Of a stretch of 64,000 nt of DNA, positions 37,341 through 47,157 are shown piece after piece. The first letter of the stretch is position 1. Each line of letters begins with the position of its first letter. Where the stretch lies: NCBI RefSeq assembly GCF_965229135.1, contig NZ_OZ245860.1, positions 1,231,849 through 1,295,848 of the forward strand, in the 5' to 3' direction. The DNA comes from Mesorhizobium sp. (GTDB lineage Bacteria > Pseudomonadota > Alphaproteobacteria > Rhizobiales > Rhizobiaceae). Under the pieces are notes generated by a model that was not told the DNA's origin, made no database searches, and saw only the letters and a program-made list of their open reading frames with translations. The position numbers were made by a program, and so were the translations under genes.

Positions 37341-38447
37341 ATGGAATGGCATTCTCCGGCGGAACTTGCTTGGAGAATTGCATTGTCTTCCGTCACCCGC
37401 ATCGCGAACGAAATTCCGAAAAGCAAGATCTCCGCCGATCTGGCCGCGGGCCGCAGGCGGCTCGATTCGGCGTGGAACGGCATCATTCCGGGCATCGTGC
37501 TGGTAGCGATGATCACCGCCGTCGCCTTCTCCGCCCACAATGTCTCCGGCTTTGCCCTGTTCAGCCCGATGATCCTCGCCGTCGTCGCGGGCATGGTTTA
37601 TTCCAACGTGCTCGGCACTCCCGCGCACGCCAAGGCCGGTATCGCCTTCTCGCAAAAGCGCTTGCTGCGCTTCGCCATCGTGCTGCTCGGTTTCCAGCTC
37701 ACGCTTGGCCAGGTCGCAGCCATCGGCGCCAGCGGCGTCGGTATTGTGGCGCTGACACTTGCCTCGACCTTCGTCTTCACCATCACGCTCGGCCGGTTGA
37801 TCGGCGTCGACCATAAACTGGCGCAGCTGATCGCCGCAGGCACCTCGATCTGCGGCGCCTCGGCCATCGTCGCCACCAACATCGTTACCGACGCGCGCGA
37901 TGAGGACGTCACCTATGCAGTCGCCTCGATCACGCTGTTCGGCACCATCGCCATGCTCGGCTTCCCGCTGCTGGCGCCCATGCTCGGGCTTGACCAGCAC
38001 GCTTTCGGCCTTTGGGCCGGCGCCTCGATCCATGAGGTGGCGCAGGTTATAGGCGCCGGCTTCCAGAACGGTACCCAATCAGGCGAGATCGCGACCGTCG
38101 CCAAGCTGACCCGCGTCGCCATGCTGGCGCCGATGGTCATCGCGCTCGGCCTGATGGCGCGCCGCAGGAGCAGCGATCAGTCAGCCGCGCGGCCGCCCAT
38201 GCCGTGGTTCGTCGCCGCCTTCGTCGCCGTCGTGGCGCTGAACAGCCTCGTTGCCGTGCCGACAGAGGTGAAGTCGGCAATGGCGCTGGCCACCACCATC
38301 ATGCTGACCATGGGCCTGGCCGCGATGGGTCTGCAGGCCGACATTTCACAACTACGCTCGCGCGGCCTGCGCCCGCTGGCGCTGGCGTTCTCGGCCTTCC
38401 TGTTCATCGGCTGCTTCAGCCTGATGCTGGTGAAGTTCGTAGGCTAA
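37341..38447 (+). CDS. YeiH/UPF0324 family putative sulfate exporter
   Basis: Polytopic protein with [21 protein letters not shown], a family hallmark. Start uncertain (TTG at 37326 or ATG at 37341). Confidence 0.8.
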   Translation: MEWHSPAELAWRIALSSVTRIANEIPKSKISADLAAGRRRLDSAWNGIIPGIVLVAMITAVAFSAHNVSGFALFSPMILAVVAGMVYSNVLGTPAHAKAGIAFSQKRLLRFAIVLLGFQLTLGQVAAIGASGVGIVALTLASTFVFTITLGRLIGVDHKLAQLIAAGTSICGASAIVATNIVTDARDEDVTYAVASITLFGTIAMLGFPLLAPMLGLDQHAFGLWAGASIHEVAQVIGAGFQNGTQSGEIATVAKLTRVAMLAPMVIALGLMARRRSSDQSAARPPMPWFVAAFVAVVALNSLVAVPTEVKSAMALATTIMLTMGLAAMGLQADISQLRSRGLRPLALAFSAFLFIGCFSLMLVKFVG

Positions 38448-38960
38448 TCAATCCTCGAACGAACTCGCCGCGACATAGATCGCGGCGAGCTTTTCGATAC
38501 CGGCCTGGTCGGCGCTGTCAAAACGGCCGGGAAGCGGGCTGTCGAGATCGAGCACGCCAAAGGCGCCGTCATTGTCCTGCAGGAGCACGACGAGTTCCGA
38601 GCGCGAGGCGGCATCACAAGCGATATGGCCGGGGAAATCATGCACGTCCTTGATCAGCATCGACATGCCGAGTTCGACGGCCGTTCCGCAGACGCCTTTG
38701 CCGACGGCGATGCGCACGCAGGCCGGCTTGCCCTGGAATGGGCCCAGCACCATTTCCTCGTCGGACTGCAGGAAGTAGAAGCCGGCCCAATTGAGGTCGG
38801 GCACCATCTGGAAGATCAGCGCGGCGGTGTTGGCGGCGTTGGCGATCGAGTCGCGCTCGCCATCGAGCAGCGCCTTCAACTGGGTGGCGAGGTCGCGGTA
38901 GAACGCGGCCTTGTCCGTAGTATCGATGGCCTTGGCGGCAAACATTATGCTGATCTCCAT
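38448..38960 (-). CDS. GAF domain protein (free methionine-(R)-sulfoxide reductase-like)
   Basis: NWAGFYFL...LVLGPFQGKPACVRIAVGKGVCGTA...VHDFPGHIACDAASRSELVV matches the YebR/MsrC-type GAF pattern. Confidence 0.8.
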   Translation of the reverse strand: MEISIMFAAKAIDTTDKAAFYRDLATQLKALLDGERDSIANAANTAALIFQMVPDLNWAGFYFLQSDEEMVLGPFQGKPACVRIAVGKGVCGTAVELGMSMLIKDVHDFPGHIACDAASRSELVVLLQDNDGAFGVLDLDSPLPGRFDSADQAGIEKLAAIYVAASSFED

Positions 38961-39101
38961 ATCGGGAATCGCGGTCTGCGTTCCTGCAGCCTGTCTGCAC
39001 CAAACCACGGTTGCGACATAGTAGCGTGAATTCCACTGATTGCGAAAGCAAACCCGCGCAGCACGCCGCCTGCGCGGTGCCGATCTTTCAAGGCATTGCC
39101 A

Positions 39102-39299
39102 TCAAGAGCAGAGCCAGAGTTTCTGGCACGTCCTTGCAATCACATGGGGCGGTGGCAAACGTGTCTCATCCAAGGACGGGCGACGAACCCGCTCAAGCAG
39201 CATGCGCACCTCTTCAGGCCGCACGCGGTCACGCGCCATCACCAGTTGGATCATCGGATCACCCAGCAGTTCTTCCAGGGTGTTGATGGTGTCGTTCAT
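39102..39299 (-). CDS. small hypothetical protein (65 aa)
   Basis: The ATG at 39299 is preceded by GAGGAGG. MNDTINTLEELLGDPMIQLVMARDRVRPEEVRMLLERV... Confidence 0.5.
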   Translation of the reverse strand: MNDTINTLEELLGDPMIQLVMARDRVRPEEVRMLLERVRRPSLDETRLPPPHVIARTCQKLWLCS

Positions 39300-39435
39300 C
39301 CGTTGCCTCCTCGAATACCGGCCCGCAGCCGATAGATAGGGAGGCAATCATGGCCCGCCAATGACGCTTAGCCGGCGATCTCATGTCCTTGCGAGGATTT
39401 TTCGGACACAAAAAAGTGTCCGGCGGCCAGTTCCA

Positions 39436-39837
39436 CTAAGCAGGTGGCGCCCCTTCATATTGCGGCAGGCCGTCGTCGAGTTGCACCCACGACTGTTTCG
39501 ACGCCGTGAAGATATGCATCTGTGGTTTGAAGACGGACGGATCGTCAAGCGAGCCGGAGGTGACGCCGACAATGCCAGCGGCATCCCGCCTTGAAAACAT
39601 GGTGGTACCACACCGCGGACAATAGCCGCGCTTGAGGTCGGGCGACGAATTCACTGTTGCCAGCGGCCCTTCGATCGTCACATCGTCGATGCGAAACAAA
39701 ACCCGGGCGTTGAAGGCGGCGCCAATCGCTTTCTGACAAATCCGGCAATGGCAGACTCGTTCATTTATCGGCGCGGCATCAGACCGATATCGAACCGCGC
39801 CACACAGGCACCCGCCCTCATATTTCGCCATCGCCAT
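39436..39837 (-). CDS. GFA family protein (glutathione-dependent formaldehyde-activating enzyme fold)
   Basis: GGCLCGAVRY...CHCRICQK...CPRCG zinc-Cys motifs. Confidence 0.85.
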   Translation of the reverse strand: MAMAKYEGGCLCGAVRYRSDAAPINERVCHCRICQKAIGAAFNARVLFRIDDVTIEGPLATVNSSPDLKRGYCPRCGTTMFSRRDAAGIVGVTSGSLDDPSVFKPQMHIFTASKQSWVQLDDGLPQYEGAPPA

Positions 39838-39978
39838 GATCCATCGCTTTCAAGGACGGAAAGGTAGCCGCGGCCGCGTCTCCGTCAATTGAAAAGCCTT
39901 GATGGATCTATCGGCGGTCGCGATACGATCCGCCGAAGCCATTGCTCCTCGACACCAGCCGGTATGGCGCCGCGCATA

Positions 39979-40464
39979 TCAAAGGGTCTTGGCAACCGCT
40001 TCGAGTTGATCGGTGCACTGCCCCCAGCCTTCGTGAAAACCCATCTTCTCGTGCTGCTCGCGGTCGGCGACGCTCCAGTGGCGGACGCGAGCGATGTAGC
40101 GGGTCCTGCCTTCGCCTTCGTCCTCGAACGTCAGCAGGCCGGTCATGAACGGCTTCTGCGACGGTTCCCAAGCCCGGGTGTAGGCGTCGGAGAAGACGAT
40201 CTTCCGGCCGGGAATGACCTCCAGGAACACACCCGGATTCGCAAACTCGTTGCCGTCGGGACCAGCCATGACGATGAGGCTGGAGCCGCCTGTGCGCACG
40301 TCCAATTCAGCGCGCGGCGTCGTCCAGGGTTTTGGGGCGAACCACTGGGTCAGAAGCTTCGGCTCGGTCCAGCAGCGGTAAACGTTCTCGCGCGGCGCAT
40401 CGATGATGCGGGCCAGAACCATTTCGCGGTCGTTGGCGGGAGCGATGTCGAGCTTGGTGGTCAT
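39979..40464 (-). CDS. SRPBCC (AHSA1/START-like) domain protein
   Basis: LARIIDAPRENVYRCWTEPKLLTQWFAPKPW... The ATG at 40464 has GAGGAG upstream. Confidence 0.8.
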   Translation of the reverse strand: MTTKLDIAPANDREMVLARIIDAPRENVYRCWTEPKLLTQWFAPKPWTTPRAELDVRTGGSSLIVMAGPDGNEFANPGVFLEVIPGRKIVFSDAYTRAWEPSQKPFMTGLLTFEDEGEGRTRYIARVRHWSVADREQHEKMGFHEGWGQCTDQLEAVAKTL

Positions 40465-40595
40465 GATGGTCTCCTCACATGCAAAGGCGGGTTCGATTTG
40501 ATTTCCGTCCCAAGGACGAGCGGCGCGCGCGCAAGCCGACATGTCCGCGTGAAAAGATTCAAGGAACGATCGGGATACGCGATCGAATTGAAGGA

Positions 40596-40844
40596 TCAGT
40601 GGCGCTTGGCTTGCACCAGATAGGCTTCGATCTCGGTTTCGCCGAGCCATTTTGCCGCTTCCAGCCGATGCAGGCCTTCAACAAGCACATGCCGCTTGCC
40701 GTCGTGACGGACCTGGATCGGCGTCTTCATGCCGTTTTCCAGGATGTCCTCGGCCAGATGCCGGACCGTCTCGGGATGCAGCGTCTTCTTGCGCGCCGTC
40801 GGCACGTAGATGTCGTCGACCTTGACTTTTTGCACTCTCAGCAT
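40596..40844 (-). CDS. ParB-like nuclease N-terminal domain protein (82 aa)
   Basis: ...PIQVRHDGKRHVLVEGLHRLEAAKWLG resembles the ParB/Srx fold motif. Confidence 0.7.
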   Translation of the reverse strand: MLRVQKVKVDDIYVPTARKKTLHPETVRHLAEDILENGMKTPIQVRHDGKRHVLVEGLHRLEAAKWLGETEIEAYLVQAKRH

Positions 40845-41033
40845 GCCGACCCCCGCGGCGGAAAAGGCCGCCTCCCCCTGAGATAGGCGGTTTGCTGAAG
40901 GCGGCCAAGGGCGCGGCTAACGAATAACCCTGCCGATTTGAAGATGGCGGGACAGCAGCCCGTGCGCCCGACGGTTTGCCTGTCGCGGCGCATTGCGATA
41001 TTGCGTGTCCGCCATCGTCGGCAGGAAACCTCC

Positions 41034-41456
41034 ATGAGCAAACCCCTCGTCACCTTCATCGGCGTAACGCATCCGTGGATGTGCGACAGGATGGGACATT
41101 TGAATGTGCGCCATTACGCGGCGATGTTTGATGATGCCAGCTTCCAGATCCTCGGCCATATCGCCGGGCAAGACGACAACCAGGCGACGGAGGCCGGCTG
41201 GGCCGACGTTCGCACCGAGATCGACTATCGGCATGAGACCAAGGCGGGCGCGCTCATCACCATCCATTCCCATGTGGTGAAGATCGGCCGCACCTCCATC
41301 ACCTTCGAGCAGGTGATGTCGGGGACGCTCGACGGAATGGTCCATGCCGTCAGCAGGACGACCAGCGTTCGCTTCGATCTTGCGGCGCGTGCGTCGGTGC
41401 CTCTTGACGACGCCAGGCGCGAGCGCGCGTCGGCCCTACTCATCGATCAAGCCTGA
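41034..41456 (+). CDS. acyl-CoA thioesterase (4HBT/hotdog fold)
   Basis: THPWMCDRMGHLNVRHYAAMFDDAS... matches the YbgC-like pattern. AGGAAAC RBS before the ATG at 41034. Confidence 0.75.
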   Translation: MSKPLVTFIGVTHPWMCDRMGHLNVRHYAAMFDDASFQILGHIAGQDDNQATEAGWADVRTEIDYRHETKAGALITIHSHVVKIGRTSITFEQVMSGTLDGMVHAVSRTTSVRFDLAARASVPLDDARRERASALLIDQA

Positions 41457-41486
41457 TCATTAGCCGGCGAATTTTTAGACGGAGCT

Positions 41487-42443
41487 TCAAGCGTTGTAGA
41501 TCCGATCATCAATCGGTGTTTCGGCGATGATCGCATGCAGGCCTGAAAGCAGTGCCTTCTCGGCGCGGTTCATGGTCTTGTCTGGGTTGACCAGCAGGAA
41601 GATGTCGACGGCAGGCGGCGCGTCGTAAGGCGGCAGCCGCCACAGCACGCCATCATCCACATCGCGCCGCGCCACATGCAGCGGCAGCGGGCCGATTCCC
41701 AGCCCGGCGACAATCATGCGGCGCACCTCTTCCAGGCTCGATGACACGCCGACGACGTCGGCGTTCAGCCTGGCTTCGCTGCGCAACAGCGCGACCGGTC
41801 GCAAGGCGTCCGAAATGTGATCGGTCTGGAAGGACACCGAAGGCTCGCCGCGCAGATCGGCCAGCGTCAGCCCTTCACGCCCAAACAATCTGTGCCGCGG
41901 GCCGCAGAAGAAGCCGAAGAATTCGCGATAGACCATTTCGTATTCCAGCGCCGGATCGCGCTGGCTGACCAGGCAGATGCCGAAGGATGCACGACGTTCC
42001 CTGACCTGCTTGGTCACTTCGGTGCTTGCCGCAACCGAAATGGTGATGCTGGCGCGCGGATAGTTGCGGTGAAATTCCGATAGCGCCTGGTCGAAGATCG
42101 GCGAGACGACGTGGCTCGCCGTGGCGATGATGACATGGCCTGTGACATCGTCGCTGATACCCCGCATCAGCAATGGCAACTGCGATATGGTGCCGAACAC
42201 CTCGACGCTCTGCTCATAGAGCAGGCGACCGACCTCGGTCAGTTCGAATCGTGTCGCATCGCGCTCGACCAGCCGCCGGCCAACCCGGTCCTCCAGCCGC
42301 CGCAGCGCGTTGCTCACGCTCGGCTGCTTGAGGTTCAGCCGCTCGGCGGCACGCGTGATGCTTTTCACTTCCGCGATGACGACGAACGTCCGCAGAAGGT
42401 TCCAATCGAGATCCCAGACCAGCCGTTCGGGTCGCGCAATCAT
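41487..42443 (-). CDS. LysR family transcriptional regulator
   Basis: LLRTFVVIAEVKSITRAAERLNLKQPSVSNALRRLEDRVG. Divergent from the operon at 42580. Confidence 0.9.
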   Translation of the reverse strand: MIARPERLVWDLDWNLLRTFVVIAEVKSITRAAERLNLKQPSVSNALRRLEDRVGRRLVERDATRFELTEVGRLLYEQSVEVFGTISQLPLLMRGISDDVTGHVIIATASHVVSPIFDQALSEFHRNYPRASITISVAASTEVTKQVRERRASFGICLVSQRDPALEYEMVYREFFGFFCGPRHRLFGREGLTLADLRGEPSVSFQTDHISDALRPVALLRSEARLNADVVGVSSSLEEVRRMIVAGLGIGPLPLHVARRDVDDGVLWRLPPYDAPPAVDIFLLVNPDKTMNRAEKALLSGLHAIIAETPIDDRIYNA

Positions 42444-42579
42444 TCCTGAAATCTATGCTCCGTATTCCCATTATCTATTTGCGCAATGCTGAAGCAAAGG
42501 CAATCATGAAAATCAGGAGAGCGCCCCAACGCCTCCCAAGAACAAGACTTCGCGCTCCATCCAGAGGACAGGAAATCAC

Positions 42580-43362
42580 ATGAACAGAGTATTTTCCGGC
42601 ATCGCCGTCGCGGCAGTGCTGCTTGCTTCCACGTTCACAACCGTTTCGGCCAGGGCTGACGACCTTGAGAAGATCAAGGCGGCGGGCGAACTGAAGATTT
42701 CGATGAGCGGCCAGTATCCGCCCTTCAATTTTGTCAATGACCAGAACGAGGTGGTCGGCTTCGACGCCGATATCGGCAAGGCCATCGCCGATCGCATCGG
42801 CGTCAAGGGCACCATCGTCACCACCGCCTGGGATGGCATCATCGCCGGTCTGCTGGCCAAGAAATACGACACCGTGGTCGGCTCGATGACCATAACGCCC
42901 GAGCGCGAGAAGGTCGTGGACTTCGTCGGCCCGTACTATCACGCCGGCCGCGCGGTCTTCGTGAACGAAAATTCCAAGGTGAAGAGCCTCGACGAACTCA
43001 AGGGCAAGACGCTTGGCGTCACACTGGGCGAGACGCATGAGAAATGGGCCCGTGAACAGGGCGGCTGGGACGTCCGCACCTACAAGGGCCTGCCGGAACT
43101 GCTTCTGGAGCTTAGGGCCGGCCGCGTCGACGCCATCGTCGTCGACAACATTCCGGTCATGGTCGCCGTCAAGGAAACCGGCGAGAAGGTCCGCAGGCTC
43201 GAGACGCCCAACATCGAAGGCGGCAGCGTCGGCATCGGTATCGCCATCCGCAAGGACAATCCCGAGCTGAAGGCAGCCATGCAGAAGGCGCTGGACGACA
43301 TGATGGCGGACGGAACCTACGAGAAGATTTCCAAGCAGTGGGTCGGCAGCGACATCCGCTAA
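42580..43362 (+). CDS. polar amino acid ABC transporter substrate-binding protein (family 3)
   Basis: Signal peptide, then SBP_bac_3 pattern: KIKAAGELKISMSGQYPPFNF...GFDADIGKAIA. Confidence 0.9.
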   Translation: MNRVFSGIAVAAVLLASTFTTVSARADDLEKIKAAGELKISMSGQYPPFNFVNDQNEVVGFDADIGKAIADRIGVKGTIVTTAWDGIIAGLLAKKYDTVVGSMTITPEREKVVDFVGPYYHAGRAVFVNENSKVKSLDELKGKTLGVTLGETHEKWAREQGGWDVRTYKGLPELLLELRAGRVDAIVVDNIPVMVAVKETGEKVRRLETPNIEGGSVGIGIAIRKDNPELKAAMQKALDDMMADGTYEKISKQWVGSDIR

Positions 43363-43378
43363 ACTCGTCAGGCTCCAG

Positions 43379-44074
43379 GTGGCCAACACCACCTGGAGTC
43401 GAGCGCAACTCCCGCCGGGCGTTTCCATGGATTTCTCCTTGATGTGGCGAGTCTTCCCATTCTTCGTGGAAGCCGCCTGGGTAACGATCGAGATCACGGC
43501 GCTGGCCTTGATTCTCGGCCTCGTGGTCGCGGCGCTCGCGGCGGCCGCCAAGATGTCGAGGTCCGCACCGCTGCGGGCCATCGGCGCCGTCTATGTCAGC
43601 GTGTTTCGCGGCACGCCCTGCCTGATCCAGCTGTTCGTGCTTTACTTCGGCGGTCCGCAAATCGGCATCAACCTGGAGCCGTTCGCGGCTGGCGTCGTCG
43701 GCCTTGGCCTCAACATCGGCGCTTACATGGCGGAATCGATCCGTGGCGCGCTGATCGCGGTCGACCGGGGCCAGACAGAGGCCGCCCGCACCATCGGATT
43801 CAGCCGTTTCCAGACGCTGCGCAAAGTCGTGCTTCCGCAAGCCGCGCGGCTGATGATCCGGCCGCTCGGCGTCAATACGGTCGCTCTGTTGAAGGGATCG
43901 GCACTGGTGTCGACCATCTCGGTCGTGGAACTGACCTATACGGCTCAGCGCTTCATCGGCTCGACCTACAAGCCGTTCGAGATCTTCGGCGTCGCGGCCC
44001 TGCTCTACATGGTCATGGTTTACGCCGTGGCGCGGATCGTCGACCTGCTCGACAAGCGCTTTGCCATCGTCTGA
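43379..44074 (+). CDS. amino acid ABC transporter permease
   Basis: HisM/HisQ-type: [16 protein letters not shown] and [22 protein letters not shown]. Start uncertain (GTG at 43379 or ATG at 43427). Confidence 0.85.
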   Translation: MANTTWSRAQLPPGVSMDFSLMWRVFPFFVEAAWVTIEITALALILGLVVAALAAAAKMSRSAPLRAIGAVYVSVFRGTPCLIQLFVLYFGGPQIGINLEPFAAGVVGLGLNIGAYMAESIRGALIAVDRGQTEAARTIGFSRFQTLRKVVLPQAARLMIRPLGVNTVALLKGSALVSTISVVELTYTAQRFIGSTYKPFEIFGVAALLYMVMVYAVARIVDLLDKRFAIV

Positions 44075-44086
44075 CCGGAGAGCGTG

Positions 44087-44746
44087 ATGGAAGGCTTGGA
44101 TTTCAGCGTCGTACTGCCCTACTGGGACCTGCTGTTGACGGGCGCCTGGTGGACGGCCGTGCTGACGATCTCGGCAGGCGCACTCAGCTTCGCCTTCGGC
44201 ATCCTGTTCGCGGTCATCGTGCTCTACGCGCCAGCGATCATCGCCTATCCCGTGCGTGCCTTCATGTGGGTGTTCATGGGCACGCCGCTGCTGCTGCAGC
44301 TCTTCCTCATCTATTTCGGCCTGGTTCAGATCGGCATCGATATTCCTGCGCTTGCGGCCGGCATCGTCGGGCTTGGCCTGCACTTCGCCGTCTACAATGC
44401 CGACGTCGTCCGCGCCGGCATCGTCGCCGTCGATATCGGCCAGACGGAAGGCGCGCGCAGCATCGGCTTCGGCAAGTGGCAAACGCTGCGCCATGTCGTG
44501 ATCCCGCAGGCTGTCCGCAGCACGGCACCGCCCATCGGCGGCAACATGATCGCGCTCTTGAAGGAGTCCTCGATCGTGTCGGTGATCGGCATTGCCGAAC
44601 TGGTCCATTCTTCCCAACTGGCGATCAGCGAAACGTTCCGGCCGTTCGAGTTCTACATCACCGCGGCCGCGATCTATTACATTCTCAACCTCGCGCTAGA
44701 AGCGGGTTTGCGCCGGTTCGAGCGGCGCGTGGAGGTTTCCCGATGA
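44087..44746 (+). CDS. amino acid ABC transporter permease
   Basis: [16 protein letters not shown] and [31 protein letters not shown]. Confidence 0.85.
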   Translation: MEGLDFSVVLPYWDLLLTGAWWTAVLTISAGALSFAFGILFAVIVLYAPAIIAYPVRAFMWVFMGTPLLLQLFLIYFGLVQIGIDIPALAAGIVGLGLHFAVYNADVVRAGIVAVDIGQTEGARSIGFGKWQTLRHVVIPQAVRSTAPPIGGNMIALLKESSIVSVIGIAELVHSSQLAISETFRPFEFYITAAAIYYILNLALEAGLRRFERRVEVSR

Positions 44747-45507
44747 ACACGCAGAGGCCAATGGTCGAGGTTCGCGGCGCACGCAAATCATTCGGGGCGA
44801 TGGAGGTGCTCAAGGGCATCGACCTGTCCGTGGATCGTGGACAGATCGTGGCGATCATCGGGCCGAGCGGCTCGGGCAAGAGCACGCTGCTGCGGGCCAT
44901 AAACCACCTTGAGACTTTGAACGGCGGCGAGGTCTGGCTCGATGGCGTGCAGGTCAACCAGCCCTTGCGCGGCCAGGCTTTTGAACGTCATATCAATGCC
45001 GTGCGACAGCAGATGGGCATGGTTTTTCAGCACTTCAATCTTTTTCCGCATCTGACCGTACTTGAGAACATCGCCATGGGACCGATCATCCTCAAAGGCG
45101 TGAGCAGGAGTGACGCGCATGCGCTCGCGCACAGCCTTCTGTCCAAGGTGGGGCTCGCCGACAAGATCGACGCCTATCCGTCGCGGCTTTCAGGCGGCCA
45201 GAAGCAGCGCGTGGCGATCGCGCGTGCATTGGCCATGCAGCCCAAGGTGATGCTGTTCGACGAGGCCACTTCGGCGCTCGACCCCGAGCTTGTCGATGAG
45301 GTCAACGCGGTGATGAAGCAGCTCGCCGCCGAACACATGACGATGCTGATCGTCACGCACGAGATGCGTTTCGCCGGCGAAGTGGCCGACAGGGTGCTGT
45401 TCATGGACGGCGGCGCGGTTGTGGAGGAAGGTCCGCCGTCCGAAATGTTCCGCGCACCGAAGATGGAACGGACCCGCACCTTCCTCAAAAAATACCTTTC
45501 AGCCTGA
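44743..45507 (+). CDS. amino acid ABC transporter ATP-binding protein
   Basis: The ATG at 44743 overlaps the permease stop (ATGA). [38 protein letters not shown]. The upstream part of track ORF 43444..45507 is a shadow frame. Confidence 0.9.
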   Translation: MNTQRPMVEVRGARKSFGAMEVLKGIDLSVDRGQIVAIIGPSGSGKSTLLRAINHLETLNGGEVWLDGVQVNQPLRGQAFERHINAVRQQMGMVFQHFNLFPHLTVLENIAMGPIILKGVSRSDAHALAHSLLSKVGLADKIDAYPSRLSGGQKQRVAIARALAMQPKVMLFDEATSALDPELVDEVNAVMKQLAAEHMTMLIVTHEMRFAGEVADRVLFMDGGAVVEEGPPSEMFRAPKMERTRTFLKKYLSA

Positions 45508-45515
45508 GCAAGACC

Positions 45516-47156
45516 ATGATCAGCCTCCCGACAGAATTTCCCGATTTCGGGCTGACGCCCGACCAGCGACGCCAGGCCGTGCGCGGCCATTACTACGAAT
45601 GGCCGGGCATGGATGGCGAGCTCGGCGAAATCTGGTGCTACACAGACCGCTTCTCGTACCGCCCCGGCGAGGCGGTGGCTCTGCATGTCAGTTCGACGGC
45701 GCGTGCCTTCAACATGACAATCATCCGCGACGGCGGTAGCGAAACGAAGCTGTTCGATAAGGGCGGCATCGCGGCGCGCTGGCAGGACAGTCCAGACCAA
45801 TGTTCGGTCGAAGGCTGCGGCTGGGAATCCTCACTGGAATTCCGCGTCGGCGATGATTGGCCGTCCGGCGCCTATCGCCTGACGCTGACCGCGGATGGCC
45901 GCGACGGCACGCCGATCCAATGCCACCATATCTTCATCGTTGCGCCCCTGCCCGGCCGCAAGCCCGGCCGCGTGCTGCAAGTGGCGGCGACGGGAACCTG
46001 GCTGGCCTACAACACCTGGGGCGGCTCCAACCACTATCAGGGCATCACCGGGCCGGGCCGCAACCAGTATGCGACGTCCGTGTCGACGCAGCGCCCATGG
46101 TGCCGGGGCTTCGCGGTGCTGCCGAAGGACGCGCCGCGCGTGCCGCTGGAAGTCGCCGTACCGCCAAAGACGGTACCGCGTTATCCGCATATGGAATGGG
46201 CGTTTGCCACCGGACATTCGAAGAAATATGCCTCGTCCGGCTGGGCCAGCTACGACAGCCACTTCTTCCGCTTTGCCGAGCGCGCCGGCTACGGCGTCGA
46301 TCTCATCAGTCAGCACGATCTGCATTTCTCGCCGGACATCCTCGATGGCTACGACTGCGCCATCTTCGTCGGCCATGACGAATACTGGACCTGGGAGATG
46401 CGCGATGCCGTCGACGGATACGTCGAGCGCGGCGGCCATGCGGCGCGCTTTGCCGGCAATTTCATGTGGCAAACGCGGCTGGAAGACGAAGGCCGCCGGC
46501 AGGTCTGCTACAAGTACCGCTCCCGTGCCGAAGACCCCGCCTATCGCGGCGGCGACGTGACCCGTGCCACCAATTCCTGGGAGGCGCCGGAAATCGGCCG
46601 GCCGGGTTCGGCGACCTTCGGCCTCAACGCGACCCGCGGTGTCTATGCCGGCTGGGGCGGCTGCGCGCCGCGCGGCGTGCGCGGTTTTCCTGTCTACCGG
46701 CCAGAGCATTGGGCCTTTGCCGGAACCGGCATCTATTATGGCGACCTGCTCGGCGCGGACAGCCATGCGTATGGCTACGAGGTGGATGGGCTCGATTTCG
46801 AGATACGCGGCGGCCTGCCCTACCCCACAGCGACCAGCGGCGCACCGGACGGATTGCAGGTTCTCGCGGTCGGCATGGCTAGCCAGGTCGAGGAAAGCGC
46901 CGATATCCCGATCGAGGACCAGTTCCTCACCGACGAAGACGGCCGCTTCACCGCCGAAACGCTGTTTGGCGAGGCGACCGATGCCAATCTCGACAAGGTC
47001 AAGCGCGGCAACGGCATGATCGTCAACTTCCCGCGCGGCAAGGGCGAAGTGTTCCACGCCGGAAGCTGCGAATGGGTTGCCGGCCTGCTAAGACAAGACC
47101 CGATGGTCGAACGCGTCACCCAGAATGTCCTTGATCGCTACCTTGGAAAGTCCTGA
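45516..47156 (+). CDS. N,N-dimethylformamidase large-subunit-like family protein (function unknown)
   Basis: 546 aa. The N-terminal beta-sandwich-like region (IWCYTDRFSYRPGEAVALHVSS...) and ...LQVAATGTWLAYNTWGGSNHY... recall DMFase beta-subunit homologues. Assignment is from memory, so moderate confidence. Confidence 0.6.
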   Translation: MISLPTEFPDFGLTPDQRRQAVRGHYYEWPGMDGELGEIWCYTDRFSYRPGEAVALHVSSTARAFNMTIIRDGGSETKLFDKGGIAARWQDSPDQCSVEGCGWESSLEFRVGDDWPSGAYRLTLTADGRDGTPIQCHHIFIVAPLPGRKPGRVLQVAATGTWLAYNTWGGSNHYQGITGPGRNQYATSVSTQRPWCRGFAVLPKDAPRVPLEVAVPPKTVPRYPHMEWAFATGHSKKYASSGWASYDSHFFRFAERAGYGVDLISQHDLHFSPDILDGYDCAIFVGHDEYWTWEMRDAVDGYVERGGHAARFAGNFMWQTRLEDEGRRQVCYKYRSRAEDPAYRGGDVTRATNSWEAPEIGRPGSATFGLNATRGVYAGWGGCAPRGVRGFPVYRPEHWAFAGTGIYYGDLLGADSHAYGYEVDGLDFEIRGGLPYPTATSGAPDGLQVLAVGMASQVEESADIPIEDQFLTDEDGRFTAETLFGEATDANLDKVKRGNGMIVNFPRGKGEVFHAGSCEWVAGLLRQDPMVERVTQNVLDRYLGKS

Positions 47157-47157
47157 C

